Assembly (NCBI GenBank): GCA_002269645.1
Contig: NIVC01001313.1
Span: forward strand, 62,001-126,000
Direction of reading: 5' to 3'
From: Macrostomum lignano
Lineage: Eukaryota
DNA: 64,000 nt
Positions 48,488 to 59,017 of this stretch are shown in pieces (position 1 is the stretch's first letter; every line of letters starts with the position of its first letter). The notes below the pieces were generated by a model that did not search any database, was not told where the DNA came from, and worked only from the letters and a program-made list of their open reading frames with translations. The translations under genes and the position numbers were made by a program.

Positions 48488-50188
48488 TCAATTCGACGCC
48501 GGCCTGCAGCAGACAGCAAAAAGAAGCACATTGTGCAGCAGCTCGAACAGCTCCAACACGGTGAGCAGCGAACATCCCAGATACAAACCAAGTGCGCTGC
48601 CAACGTCCGCGATGAACTGACCAAGCCGATAGTCAAGGCTGAATGTTGTCAGAGAGCTTCGACTTGCTTCTGCTCTCAACGTGACTCTCACCGCTGCTCG
48701 CCGGAAGTAGCGCAACGCTCCGTCTTCGAAGTCAATAAGACGCACTGATTTATCGATAAACTGCAATGTTCCAACACCCGTCTCGAGTGATCTGAACTGC
48801 GATCGATCAACACGTTGCAGCAAAGAGCCAATGACGTTATCCACCAGACGAACGAGACTCGCTTGGTTCGGCCACATTCCATAAGATGACGTCACGGAGT
48901 AAGTGCGTCGCTTGCACAGTCGCTTCGCGGAGCACAAGTCGTACCACGTGCTGTTGCCGCCATTGACATCCAGACGCGCCTTTACGGACGCCTTCATGTT
49001 TCGATGAATTTCTTCTTCAGTTTCAGCCGCTGTGAGGTTCAGGCACAGAGGGAGATGTCTAAACTCCCAGGGTGTAGGCTCAGGTGTCGGGCTGCAGTTG
49101 TACCTCTGCTGTCTGTCCCTCGTCATCTCCGAATAGTAGCAGTGAGCCTCGCTGTAGCTGAACGCATCTGCGGCGCCGTTGTACGGGTTCAAGAACAGAA
49201 CTGGGTCGTCGTGTTTCTCAACGCACTGGCCGGGAAAGTCCGCCGGTGTCATCTGGGCATCTTGCATTGCGATGGAGACGTCGTAGGCTCGACCGGGACC
49301 CAGGTTGATCACATTAGAGGTGAATCGAGACGGGTAGTGACCTCTGGGCGTCAGGTAGAGATACATTCCACTGCCTTTATCGAACCCAATCGGATTCTCC
49401 AGGTTCCAGTCGAATGGATATAATGTTATCTGTTGACCAGATACGAAAACAGACATTGTTGGAAGCCGGTCTGTATGGTTTGAAAACAGGCCAAGCTTAT
49501 CGAAGTCAAAGAAGTAAGGATCGAGAAGCAGGTCGAGCTGCAATCTGTTGTTCGTATTCTGCATCCGAGATAACTCAGCATCGGTGAGGGCAAGCTTGAA
49601 GCACTTCAGATGGTTCGGGTGGAACAGCGTCTCTACCGCGATCGGAGAATTCAGACTGCGATCTGAGCCTGCACTGAAGATTCCGTAGTTTCCGTAGAAT
49701 GTCTGCAGTTTTCTCTGACCCACAATGTCCGCCAGAGTTCTGTAGGGCAGAGACTGGATCAAGCTTGTTGGCCGAAGTTCGCGCAGTGTTGTGTTTTCAC
49801 TCTCCGACGCATTCAGAGATCCGAGAGCGGCATCGAATGCAGTCTGAGCAGCATAGAACGGCATGTTCACCTGGTCCGCCTCTGACCTGTTCAGTCGGTA
49901 GATAAACGAGCCAGCGGCTTGGAGACTGTTGCAAAAGTAGACATCGGGAAACTCGAATGGAACCTTTTCCGCTTGGAACTCGGAATTTACGCTCGGACTG
50001 TTCAGGCGTCGAATGTAGACGGTGCAGGTGTTAAGCAGAAGGCCCAGGAAGCTCAAGAAAGCCAGAAGCCAGAAGATCCTCAACACAATGGCGCGACTTG
50101 TAGGGGCCACACGGCCGATGGCGTGAGCTGTGGTATTGGCCACGGATTCTTTGACTATCACGGACAGAGGTAGGCGCTGGGCGTCCAT
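48488..50188 (-). CDS. DEG/ENaC channel subunit, intronless, copy 2 (566 aa)
   Basis: Near-identical paralogue of 20807-22516 with the same motifs. Confidence 0.93.
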   Translation of the reverse strand: MDAQRLPLSVIVKESVANTTAHAIGRVAPTSRAIVLRIFWLLAFLSFLGLLLNTCTVYIRRLNSPSVNSEFQAEKVPFEFPDVYFCNSLQAAGSFIYRLNRSEADQVNMPFYAAQTAFDAALGSLNASESENTTLRELRPTSLIQSLPYRTLADIVGQRKLQTFYGNYGIFSAGSDRSLNSPIAVETLFHPNHLKCFKLALTDAELSRMQNTNNRLQLDLLLDPYFFDFDKLGLFSNHTDRLPTMSVFVSGQQITLYPFDWNLENPIGFDKGSGMYLYLTPRGHYPSRFTSNVINLGPGRAYDVSIAMQDAQMTPADFPGQCVEKHDDPVLFLNPYNGAADAFSYSEAHCYYSEMTRDRQQRYNCSPTPEPTPWEFRHLPLCLNLTAAETEEEIHRNMKASVKARLDVNGGNSTWYDLCSAKRLCKRRTYSVTSSYGMWPNQASLVRLVDNVIGSLLQRVDRSQFRSLETGVGTLQFIDKSVRLIDFEDGALRYFRRAAVRVTLRAEASRSSLTTFSLDYRLGQFIADVGSALGLYLGCSLLTVLELFELLHNVLLFAVCCRPASN

Positions 50189-51427
50189 TCCTTGGTAGTT
50201 TCTGGGGGAGACTTGGCGACTGACTGCTGTGCAGTTATACTCAACTCAACAGAGAGGCAATCAAGGAAATGAATCGATCTGTACCGGCTCAATCATTCCA
50301 ATCAGAAAGCTCCAAGCGCACCTATTTACTTTGGTAACAAATGGAAGTTTCTGACCAATATAAAGCATATATGACTTCCACCTCTCGTTGCTTAGGGCAA
50401 CTCAGCTTTTGGCCCTTCCTATTAACCAAGCAGTTCAGCGACAGTTATAACTGACGAGAATTGCCTTGCATTGTTTGTGCAGCTCAGTTAAACAGAGCGT
50501 GTATTGGTTAGCTAATGCTTTTACAATGTGTATTGTTTGATGAGTGGCCTAGGCTAATAACCTGCCGTGCTAAGCAACTCAAACCTGTCCCAACTGCAGC
50601 AGACAGCTAGGATCCTATGCTTAGCAAAATAATTTCAATTCTGTTTGTTTAGGGGCCAATACCAAATTTTCAATTATGGAACAGGCATTTTAACCATGAT
50701 TTTTAGTTTCCTTCCTTCGCATTTCATTTGTTTGATTTGAGAAACAGCTGAAGTTTTATGTGATTAGACGTTTGTGCTTCCTCCATCTTCCTAGTTTTTG
50801 CTGCCAATAGATGCTTGGGATAAAATCTAATTTTTTATGGACAGGACAGGAAATGCTGGTTAGGGGAAATGGCTATCTTTATAGTGCATTTGGTTCAGGA
50901 AACTGGCCCTTACATGGCTCCATAGAAGAAAACTCTAGAATAAGATTAGTAAACCGAAAATTCAAATTGGCTAATTGTTACTTGCGGAGTTCACTAACGC
51001 TTACACCTCACCATTGAGCATTAGTGAACAGTCATGAATGAGCCCTCATTGTGCAATCACGGAGATGCACTACATTGATTTTTTGCAGTTTTCAAACTTA
51101 GCTTAAAATTCACAGAACGGATTGTCAACCAACGCAATCTCGAACCCCTCAGCCCATTGCAATAAGCGATGCGTTGCTTAATACACGCATATTCTTGTAT
51201 GCAGAGGAAAAGCTACCCTTTCAATCCAACCAATCTGCAATCTGCAAATATCAAACAACCATAAAATACAACGAAAATTTCTTGGTAAATACTTCAGAGG
51301 CGATGAATGCACCGACACTTGTTATCTCAAACCGAAATCGCACACAGGGACACATGGGTAGCAACATCGTTTATGAAACTTAAATTGCGGATTATAGAAA
51401 GTCAAACTTTAACAACTGCACCATGAC

Positions 51428-53299
51428 TTAATTGCTCTTAAACTCGACAATTCGAAAGGCCTCGAGAAACTCGTTGAAGTCGATCCTGCCGTCCTTGTTG
51501 AGGTCCATCGCTTTGGCCATGTCGACAATCTCGGCTTCAGGCAGGTTACGCTTGGTGGCTCGGCCCAGAACTCGGCAGCACTCCTTGAACTCGTCCAGAC
51601 TGATGTAGCCGCTGTTGTCGCGGTCCATGATGCGGAAAATGGTCTCCAGCTCTTCCTTGTTTTTGTAAACGGCTTCCATCACTGAAAAGTCTGGCAACGG
51701 GAAGAATGTGTTTTCCATACTGTTCTGCAGGGTTGCTCTCTGGAAGGTCGTCATGTACATGACACGTTTGTTCGCAGTAAGCTCTGTCAGATGAGGCCGC
51801 AACATTCTCCACGGCAGATTGAACTTCAGCACCGACTCCATCGCGCTGCACCACTGGGCGACGGTGACGCAGCCGGTCTTGCGGGAATCCATTTTGCTGA
51901 AGGCTGCCACCAGCTCGGTCTTACTTGCGGCGATTTTCGCCCGAAGGCTGCGCAGAGCGGCGTCTTCGGCGCAGAAAATTTGACGACCGAGAGGCTTAAT
52001 GTTTTTCTTGTTTGGGCAGAACCGCACAATCTCCGGCTTTCCGTTGCTGTCGAACTTGACGTAGGCACCGGGATTGCTGCCCTCGAACTGGTAGTTGGAC
52101 GCGGAGAAGATCGTCAGCACACATTCGCAGTGAGTATAACAGTATCCATCAATTGGATCCTGGTGAGAGCGAACTAGCAGCTTGAATCGGTTCCGCTGCA
52201 AGAAGTTTGCCGTGATGTCCGGTCCAAAGAGGCAGCCTTTGCCGCGGCTGCTGATTTGGGATCCGTGCTGCCCGTGAGGATCGCTCCACAACAAGTCTCC
52301 CACTTGTTCCCATTCCATTTTATCAACATTTCCATTTTTTGAGTTTGAAAAAAGCGAATAGTACTTGTGCCTGTCAAGTTTATCTAGCAGCTCGAGGTCC
52401 AGGTTTTCCGAGATGCCACCGTGAACTACAAAGATGCTCTCATCAATAATTGTGGCAAGCGGAAGCCATGAAAACACTTCGTTAAATAGATCGACGACTT
52501 TGTGTGATAGTAAATTGTACTTTTTGTGAATCTCTTTGTTGAAGCCGTATTTCTGGTTAATAATGGGGTCTTCATGGTTGCCGCGGTTGATAAAAACCGC
52601 CGTCGGCCACACCAGCTGACAGGCGAACAGCAGCAGCGCTACCTCTACCGAATTTGAGCCACGGTCGACGATGTCTCCGTTGAACACGTACGGGTTGGTG
52701 ACGTCCGGCAGGCCGTTCTTGTAGAAAATGAGCAGCAGATCCTCCAGCTGCCCGTGCAGGTCTCCGACCACCGTCACCTGCTTGGAGATGCTCGTGCTGA
52801 GTCGATAAATGTTTGGCCTTGTCTTGAGTTCCAGTCGGACTTCATGCAGCAGCTGCATGACGTAGCGAGCGTGCAGCCGTCCTCCCTGACTGAAGTGGTC
52901 TATCAGAGTTTGGACCTGAGTGGCGCTCAGAGGGAAGGTCAACCGAGGCCCCGAGTAGGACGTTTCGACGGCGATATCTTCAAAATTTGTCCAACTAGGT
53001 AGTTCCCGCTCCTGCCGGTTGGCGCTCGACTCAATCTCTTGAAGACGCTGAGCAAAACTGCTATCAGCTCCTCCTCCGGACAGTTCGGAGCCAACGTTGA
53101 GTACGTCATTGAAAAAGTTTTGCAAATTAATGCGATTATTCTCACTGGAGTACTCGATGTTCTGGTGGATTCTCCAGGCTACGCGTTTTCTGGCCTCAAG
53201 GCGGGCCCTGTATCGGCGGTACCATTTCTGTATCGACACAATGGCCTTAATCTTGACTTCGCCACCACTGCTCATTAATTTTGTAGTAGCTGTAGCCAT
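51428..53299 (-). CDS. PPEF: PPEF/rdgC phosphatase, intronless, copy 2 (~623 aa from ATG 53299; frame open to 53452)
   Basis: IQKWYRRYRAR IQ motif, all PPP metal-binding motifs and EF-hands; paralogue of 26492-28354. Confidence 0.95.
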   Translation of the reverse strand: MATATTKLMSSGGEVKIKAIVSIQKWYRRYRARLEARKRVAWRIHQNIEYSSENNRINLQNFFNDVLNVGSELSGGGADSSFAQRLQEIESSANRQERELPSWTNFEDIAVETSYSGPRLTFPLSATQVQTLIDHFSQGGRLHARYVMQLLHEVRLELKTRPNIYRLSTSISKQVTVVGDLHGQLEDLLLIFYKNGLPDVTNPYVFNGDIVDRGSNSVEVALLLFACQLVWPTAVFINRGNHEDPIINQKYGFNKEIHKKYNLLSHKVVDLFNEVFSWLPLATIIDESIFVVHGGISENLDLELLDKLDRHKYYSLFSNSKNGNVDKMEWEQVGDLLWSDPHGQHGSQISSRGKGCLFGPDITANFLQRNRFKLLVRSHQDPIDGYCYTHCECVLTIFSASNYQFEGSNPGAYVKFDSNGKPEIVRFCPNKKNIKPLGRQIFCAEDAALRSLRAKIAASKTELVAAFSKMDSRKTGCVTVAQWCSAMESVLKFNLPWRMLRPHLTELTANKRVMYMTTFQRATLQNSMENTFFPLPDFSVMEAVYKNKEELETIFRIMDRDNSGYISLDEFKECCRVLGRATKRNLPEAEIVDMAKAMDLNKDGRIDFNEFLEAFRIVEFKSN

Positions 53300-54874
53300 T
53301 TGCTTTGTCTTGCCGTGTCGAATTTCGCCACTATATTCAGATCGAGATTTAGAGGTGAGCAGTCTGCAGATTAATAGCGACTTTCCGTGGGAAATAAATG
53401 GACACCACCCTTTTATTCGTAGTAGTTTATGGCAGAAGTGTGTAAAAGGCAATAGTCCTCAAGGGAGTAGTCAGTGCCTTTAACGAGTTAAAATTTTGAA
53501 CACAAGGCTTATGTCGAGAGCCTTAAGATCTCTACAAGAAACCGTCAAAATGTTTTCGAGTTTTCGAGTCCACCCGAGTCGCTCTGTCAGTTTTAGGGTT
53601 AGTCCAGCATCCCAACTGCCCGTCATGGAGGCACCAAATGAAGAAAGAAAATCACCGAATGTAAGAAAGTCTGTTGGCTTCTTAAGATACAGATGTTAAA
53701 CAGAAAAAGCATTAGCTATCCCTGATATTAATCTTACTCACAGATACTAGAATGACTAAATGGGCCACTCAGGTATATATATATATATACTTAGCAAAAC
53801 AGCTTTCTACTCTAAGTTCAGTAGCAATGGTAGATTGTATAGTATGTAACTGAGTTGAATAATGGCCAAAACACAAGTGCACGTAGCGCACGAGTGTCTA
53901 TGGCCATTTTTAACAAAGTTACATACTATAAAAGTCCATTGTATTTATACTTTTACACAGCGTCATGTCATTATTCACACTTTGCAGTCATTATTTAACA
54001 CTTTTTGGCTCTGGTGCTATTGTCTGTTTTGCGATTTAGTTTACCATAGACAAAACACACGAGGGCTATACGAGGTCTACCATATACTTAGCTGGGCCAG
54101 AGAAAACAGTTTCCTCAAAGTCAGTCTATGATTATCTTATGCGATTCTCAAAAATTAAAACTCTATCTACAAAGCAACTATGCCTGCGCTTATTAATTGG
54201 AAACATCTTCCGGTGGACTCGCTAAACGGAGTCAAGATGGACGAGTTGCAACTGCTGTCTGAGCTTAGTTCAACGGACCGTCACGATGACCAGGCCTTGC
54301 GGGATTCCATTGATTGGATTGGATTGAACGACCATGGAACTGAAGAGCTGCCGGACCTGCCGGAAGTGCATGGATGGCTTCAGTGAGCAGTTGATCTCAA
54401 CAATGGATAGCGCCGAGCTATAGTCACTTTCGAAATCAACGGTTGAACAGATGAATCGGCTATACAAACTGATGAAGTGTTAAGCTTAATTTAATTATCT
54501 TTTTTCATGCAATTTGGCGTTTTTAACACTGCATTTGTTCGATATCAATATAAGTATACAATATTTCAAGGAAGCCTCTACTGCCAAATGGTTCACGGGT
54601 TTATCTGTTAAAATCATGGAGGAAAGAATAGAATGCAGTGCTAATCTGCGCCAGTTGTTTTTGTCTCGCTCGATTTTCGCTTTTAGCATCCCTTTCCCCC
54701 CGTTCCTTCGTATTGGCCGAAAGCAAATTTTGATGTGAGCTCGTATTGCTTTTGTCATGCTATGTGGAACTGGGGACATCCAAAACGGAACGGCCCATAG
54801 GGCTCTATGGCCCAGCACTTGAATCAACTCGAGACAGCAAGCCATAGACAACTTAATTTGTCATGCAATATGGA

Positions 54875-55437
54875 ACGGTGAGCCAAAATAGAAGGAACGG
54901 TGAGCTAAAATAGAAGGGTGAGCCATAATAGAAGGAACGGTGAGCCAAAATAGAAGGAACGGTGAGCTAAAATAGAAGGAACGGTGAGCTAAAATAGAAG
55001 GGTGAGCCATAATAGAAGGAACGGTGAGCCAAAATAGAAGGAACGGTGAGCTAAAATAGAAGGAACGGTGAGCTAAAATAGAAGGAACGGTGAGCTAAAA
55101 TAGAAGGGTGAGCCATAATAGAAGGAACGGTGAGCCAAAATAGAAGGAACGGTGAGCTAAAATAGAAGGAACGGTGAGCTAAAATAGAAGGAACGGTGAG
55201 CTAAAATAGAAGGAACGGTGAGCTAAAATAGAAGGAACGGTGAGCCAAAATAGAAGGAACGGTCAGCCATAATAGAAGGAACGGTGAGCCAAAATAGAAG
55301 GAACGGTGAGCTAAAATAGAAGGAACGGTGAGCCAAAATAGAAGGAACGGTCAGCCATAATAGAAGGAACGGTGAGCCAAAATAGAAGGAACGGTGAGCC
55401 AAAATAGAAGGAACGGTGAGCCAAAATAGAAGGAACG
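54875..55437. repeat. 22-bp minisatellite (ggaacggtgagccaaaatagaa)n expanded from the inner end of the left TIR
   Basis: A single inverted monomer (ttctattccggctcatcgttcc) sits at the inner end of the right TIR (~56050-56072). Confidence 0.93.
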
Positions 55438-55509
55438 ATTTGAGCTTTTCACAGAGACAAGACGCTTTTGTTTTCTAACGATTTGTCGAGCTAAGTTACG
55501 GCCGTATAG

Positions 55510-55937
55510 ATGGCACCGCAAATTTCTGTACGCGATCGACAGTGTATCATAGCCGCCTTGCATCGTGGACTGTCGATGACGGATGTTTCAGTTTTGTTAG
55601 GACTATCCGAAACTTCTGTTCACCGCATTTGGTCAACATTCGAACAAGCCAGCAGATTGGAAGCTTTGCCTCGTGGAGGACGCAAGGAAGAAAGCTGCAA
55701 AATGGACGCAGAGATGCAATTTTTTGCAACAAGAGGTGCAGCTAAATCCCTTTCTAACGCTAAAGTCAATGGCTGAGAAGCTGGTTGGAAGCTTTCCTGT
55801 CAGGAAAGCCGCACGTGAGCCTTAAAACAATTGATCGAGCAATGGATGGTTTGCTCTTTACGATCAAAATTCCTACCAAGGGGACGGATGTGCGCCAAAA
55901 CACCAACCGAGTCGAAAGCCTCGACGCCAGAAGCTAA
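55510..55937 (+). pseudogene. Frameshifted IS630/Tc1-like transposase N-terminal DNA-binding region (no DDE domain seen)
   Basis: MAPQISVRDRQCIIAALHRGLSMTDVSVLLGLSETSVHRIWSTF...PRGGRK; then, across two 1-nt shifts, NPFLTLKSMAEKLVGSFP..PHVSLKTIDRAMDGLLFTIK. Double HTH pattern. Confidence 0.65.
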
Positions 55938-58597
55938 TACGCTAACGAAGAGTTTACCTTTTTATATTTGATGGTTTCAATTTGTGACTTAAAATTTGCT
56001 TCATTAATGTCTGTTTTTATTGTTTCTGTAAATAAAACTCTAACCGTTCCTTCTATTCCGGCTCATCGTTCCATATTGCATGACAAATCGAGTTGTCTAT
56101 GGCTTGCTTTCCCCGAGTTAATTCAAGCACTTGGCTATAGAATTCTATGGGCCGTTCCGTTTTGCATGCCCACTGTTACACATAGCACGACAAAAGCAAT
56201 ACTATGCTGGGACACACCTTTCAGAGGGGGGGGGGTGAAAACGAAAACGAGACGAAAACGACTTTGTCTATGGCAGTCAGGAGCCAATAGGAAAGAACAG
56301 GGGGAAAGGGATGTTAAAAGCGAAAATCGAACGAGATAAAAACAACTGGCTCAGATTAGCACTCGATTCTATTCTTTCCTCCATGGTTAAAATACACTTA
56401 ATAACAGTTGCGTTATTTCAAATCCTTATGTCTATGGCCTAGAACCTGAAAAGTGTGGAATAATTGCCAAAATATTTTGTTATTGCTTTTGGGTATAAGT
56501 ACAATTAAGCGCCCGAGGTCATAAACTTTTGATGCACGAGTAGCCGTTCTTCACCGATATTGTATGATTTTGAAGGCGTTTGGACCATAGATATTTGAAG
56601 CGTGCAACAATCAGTTTGGGTCAACGCTCGAAGTATCTATGGTCCAAAATAGAAAGTGTAGACATGAAGTTGTAAGTCAATAGCAGAAGGCTCATAAGTC
56701 AATAGCTAGCTAGCTAAAGCTCAACGCGCGACTGCGACCAAAGGCAAATGGGTTTCGTGTTGGATTTAACGATTTAAAAACCGGCACATGTCGCAAGTTG
56801 ACGTTGTTGGGGCTTCGAGTTCCCAGTTGGGCGAACGTGTAAGCTAGAGTCCGCAATGCAATTGGACAATACGCCGGTCTGTTCTAGTGCAAGAAAATTG
56901 GTGCTTCGTAAGTTTAGCGAGGTTTTGTCAAAGCAAGAGCTACTCTTGCGATCCGGCGACAGCCGATATTCAACATCCAGTCACTGGATTCCGCATCTTC
57001 TACGCTCTTCTACGCTTACGCAAGATTGATGGCGGATTGTATACGCCTGCTTCATTGATTACCGCTTGAGCTGGTCCATTCCGCTATCTACTTCGTGTCT
57101 GTGGTATCAATATCATCGAGGATCAACGTTTCGGAAAGGCCAATCTTCAATTCAAACCCACCGCTGCCAATGTTCATCAAGTTATGTGGCTCCGTGAAAC
57201 CGTTCTGTGCTTTGGAGACAGAGGATTTGGAAAAGCAACGCCGCTACTTTGACCGAAGTGATCCCTTCTGGACCGAATAGACCGAAATGATCCATTCTTC
57301 AACAGGAGATGTACTACGTGCTTGCTATCCACTTTTTGTTCGCAGGCCTATTGACTGAGTTGAGATTCTGGCTCGCTTGGATTTTTGCTGAAGTGCTTTG
57401 CTCAATGTGGTTTGGCCATAGACATTTAAAGCGTGCAGCAATTTGGCTTCATTGGTGGACCCCTAAAAACCCGTCCAAAATGATACAATGAAGAATACAT
57501 AAGCTAATTGGTTCAGCCATAATGTAAATTAGCCACTGAAATGTACATGACAGATTTAGGCTGGAACAACCGAGGAAGGTAAAAAAAATTGGGCGGCGGG
57601 CGTAGAGTTCGGTGTGGAGTTGGAGGTTTTAAGCTTGGGCGGGGGTAAGAGCTAATAAATGAGCTTTGGCTTAAAAAACATTAAAATGCTTCAGTTTAAC
57701 TTGCTACTGAACTGAGAGTAGCTTACACGCAAATGTGCTGAGTGGCCCATCTAGTTATTCTAGTATCTGTGTTCTTACCTAAAAGATCAGCCCATTGAGT
57801 CATGGCACCTCAGAAACTCCTTGAGCCTAGGCATTTCAAAAAACTGTTAATTTCCTTAGAGCATTTCATCATTTGTTAAAATCGATTGAAAGTCATCCTA
57901 AACACGATCGCTAATGTTGTTAAATATACAGGGCCAAACAAAGAATGTTAAAGATGTAAAAAACTTCTCTTGCATTTTTCCATGCATAGAAATAGAAAGA
58001 AAGTATAAATGAAAAGAAATTATATTGAGCATTCGAGATAGTGTTTTTATATTTAAGAGTTAAATTAATCCAAACAAATAAACATTTGGAAGATTAAAAC
58101 AAATTTTTCCGTTAGAAATTAAGTAAAAGCAAATAAAATAAGCAACGCAAAGTCGGCAAAGTGTGAAAAAATACTTGATGGAATGAGTTTCATCAAGCTG
58201 AATTTCATACTAAAATTTTGTCAAAGAGTCGAGTCGAGGTGCAGCGCAGACGGAAAGGCAGACGGCATGTGCGCATTTTGTACTGCTTGAAAATATTTAG
58301 AGGTGGCACACAAACAGCATACAGGAAGGCAGACAGGTAGGTGTCTTATGATTGTTATCTGAACACCAGAATAAGCTGCAGTTTCTTGAATAAACCTTTG
58401 GCAAGTCATATTCAATAGTTTGATAAAATATAGAAAAGTAAATAAAATTTTTTTTCAACTGAACGAGTGCGAATTATACTGAAAGTAGCATGCTGTGCAT
58501 TTTCACAAAGCAAAACAAGAAATCTGTAGCGAAAACTGAAAAAATAACTGGATGTATTTCGATATATTTCCAAGCATTATAATCCCTTTATATCTAT

Positions 58598-58895
58598 AGA
58601 TGGGCGCTGATTGGTTGGAAGCTTTTGATATTTTCTTACCCCTGGATGCACGCTGATTAGTTGGAAGCTTTCCTATTCTCTTCCTCTTGGATGCTCGCTG
58701 ATTGGTTGGATGCTTTTCTATTCTCTTCCTCTTGGATGCTCGCTGATTGGTTGGATGCTTTTCTATTCTCTTCCTCTTGGATGCTCGCTGATTGATTGGA
58801 AGCTTTTCTATTCTCTTCCTCTTGGATGCTCGCTGATTGGTTGGATGCTTTTCTATTCTCTTCCTTCTGGAAACCCGCTGATTGGTTGGAAGCTT
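58598..58895. repeat. 45-bp minisatellite with CCAAT-box motif
   Basis: gctgattggttggatgcttttctattctcttcctcttggatgctc, about 7 copies. Confidence 0.93.
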
Positions 58896-59017
58896 TTCTG
58901 TTTATCCTCTAGATGAAAATTCATTATTTGAATAATTCCAAAATTTACATTTATGCGCAACCCAAAGTTCGAAGTGATGCACAAAACAAAAGAAAATAAT
59001 GGCAGAAAAAAACATTT

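Larger units (their letters stand above)
54615..56385. mobile_element. 1771-bp TIR DNA transposon derivative, same terminal family as the 23836 MITE
   Basis: CATGGAGGAAAGAATAGAAT...ATTCTATTCTTTCCTCCATG; ~290-340-bp imperfect TIRs; 8-bp TSD gttaaaat (54607-54614 and 56386-56393). Confidence 0.92.

Noticed and set aside
53300-53452. 51-aa N-terminal extension of PPEF2
   Set aside because: Non-ATG start, no homology to PPEF1, and contains an acceptor-like site; ATG 53299 preferred.
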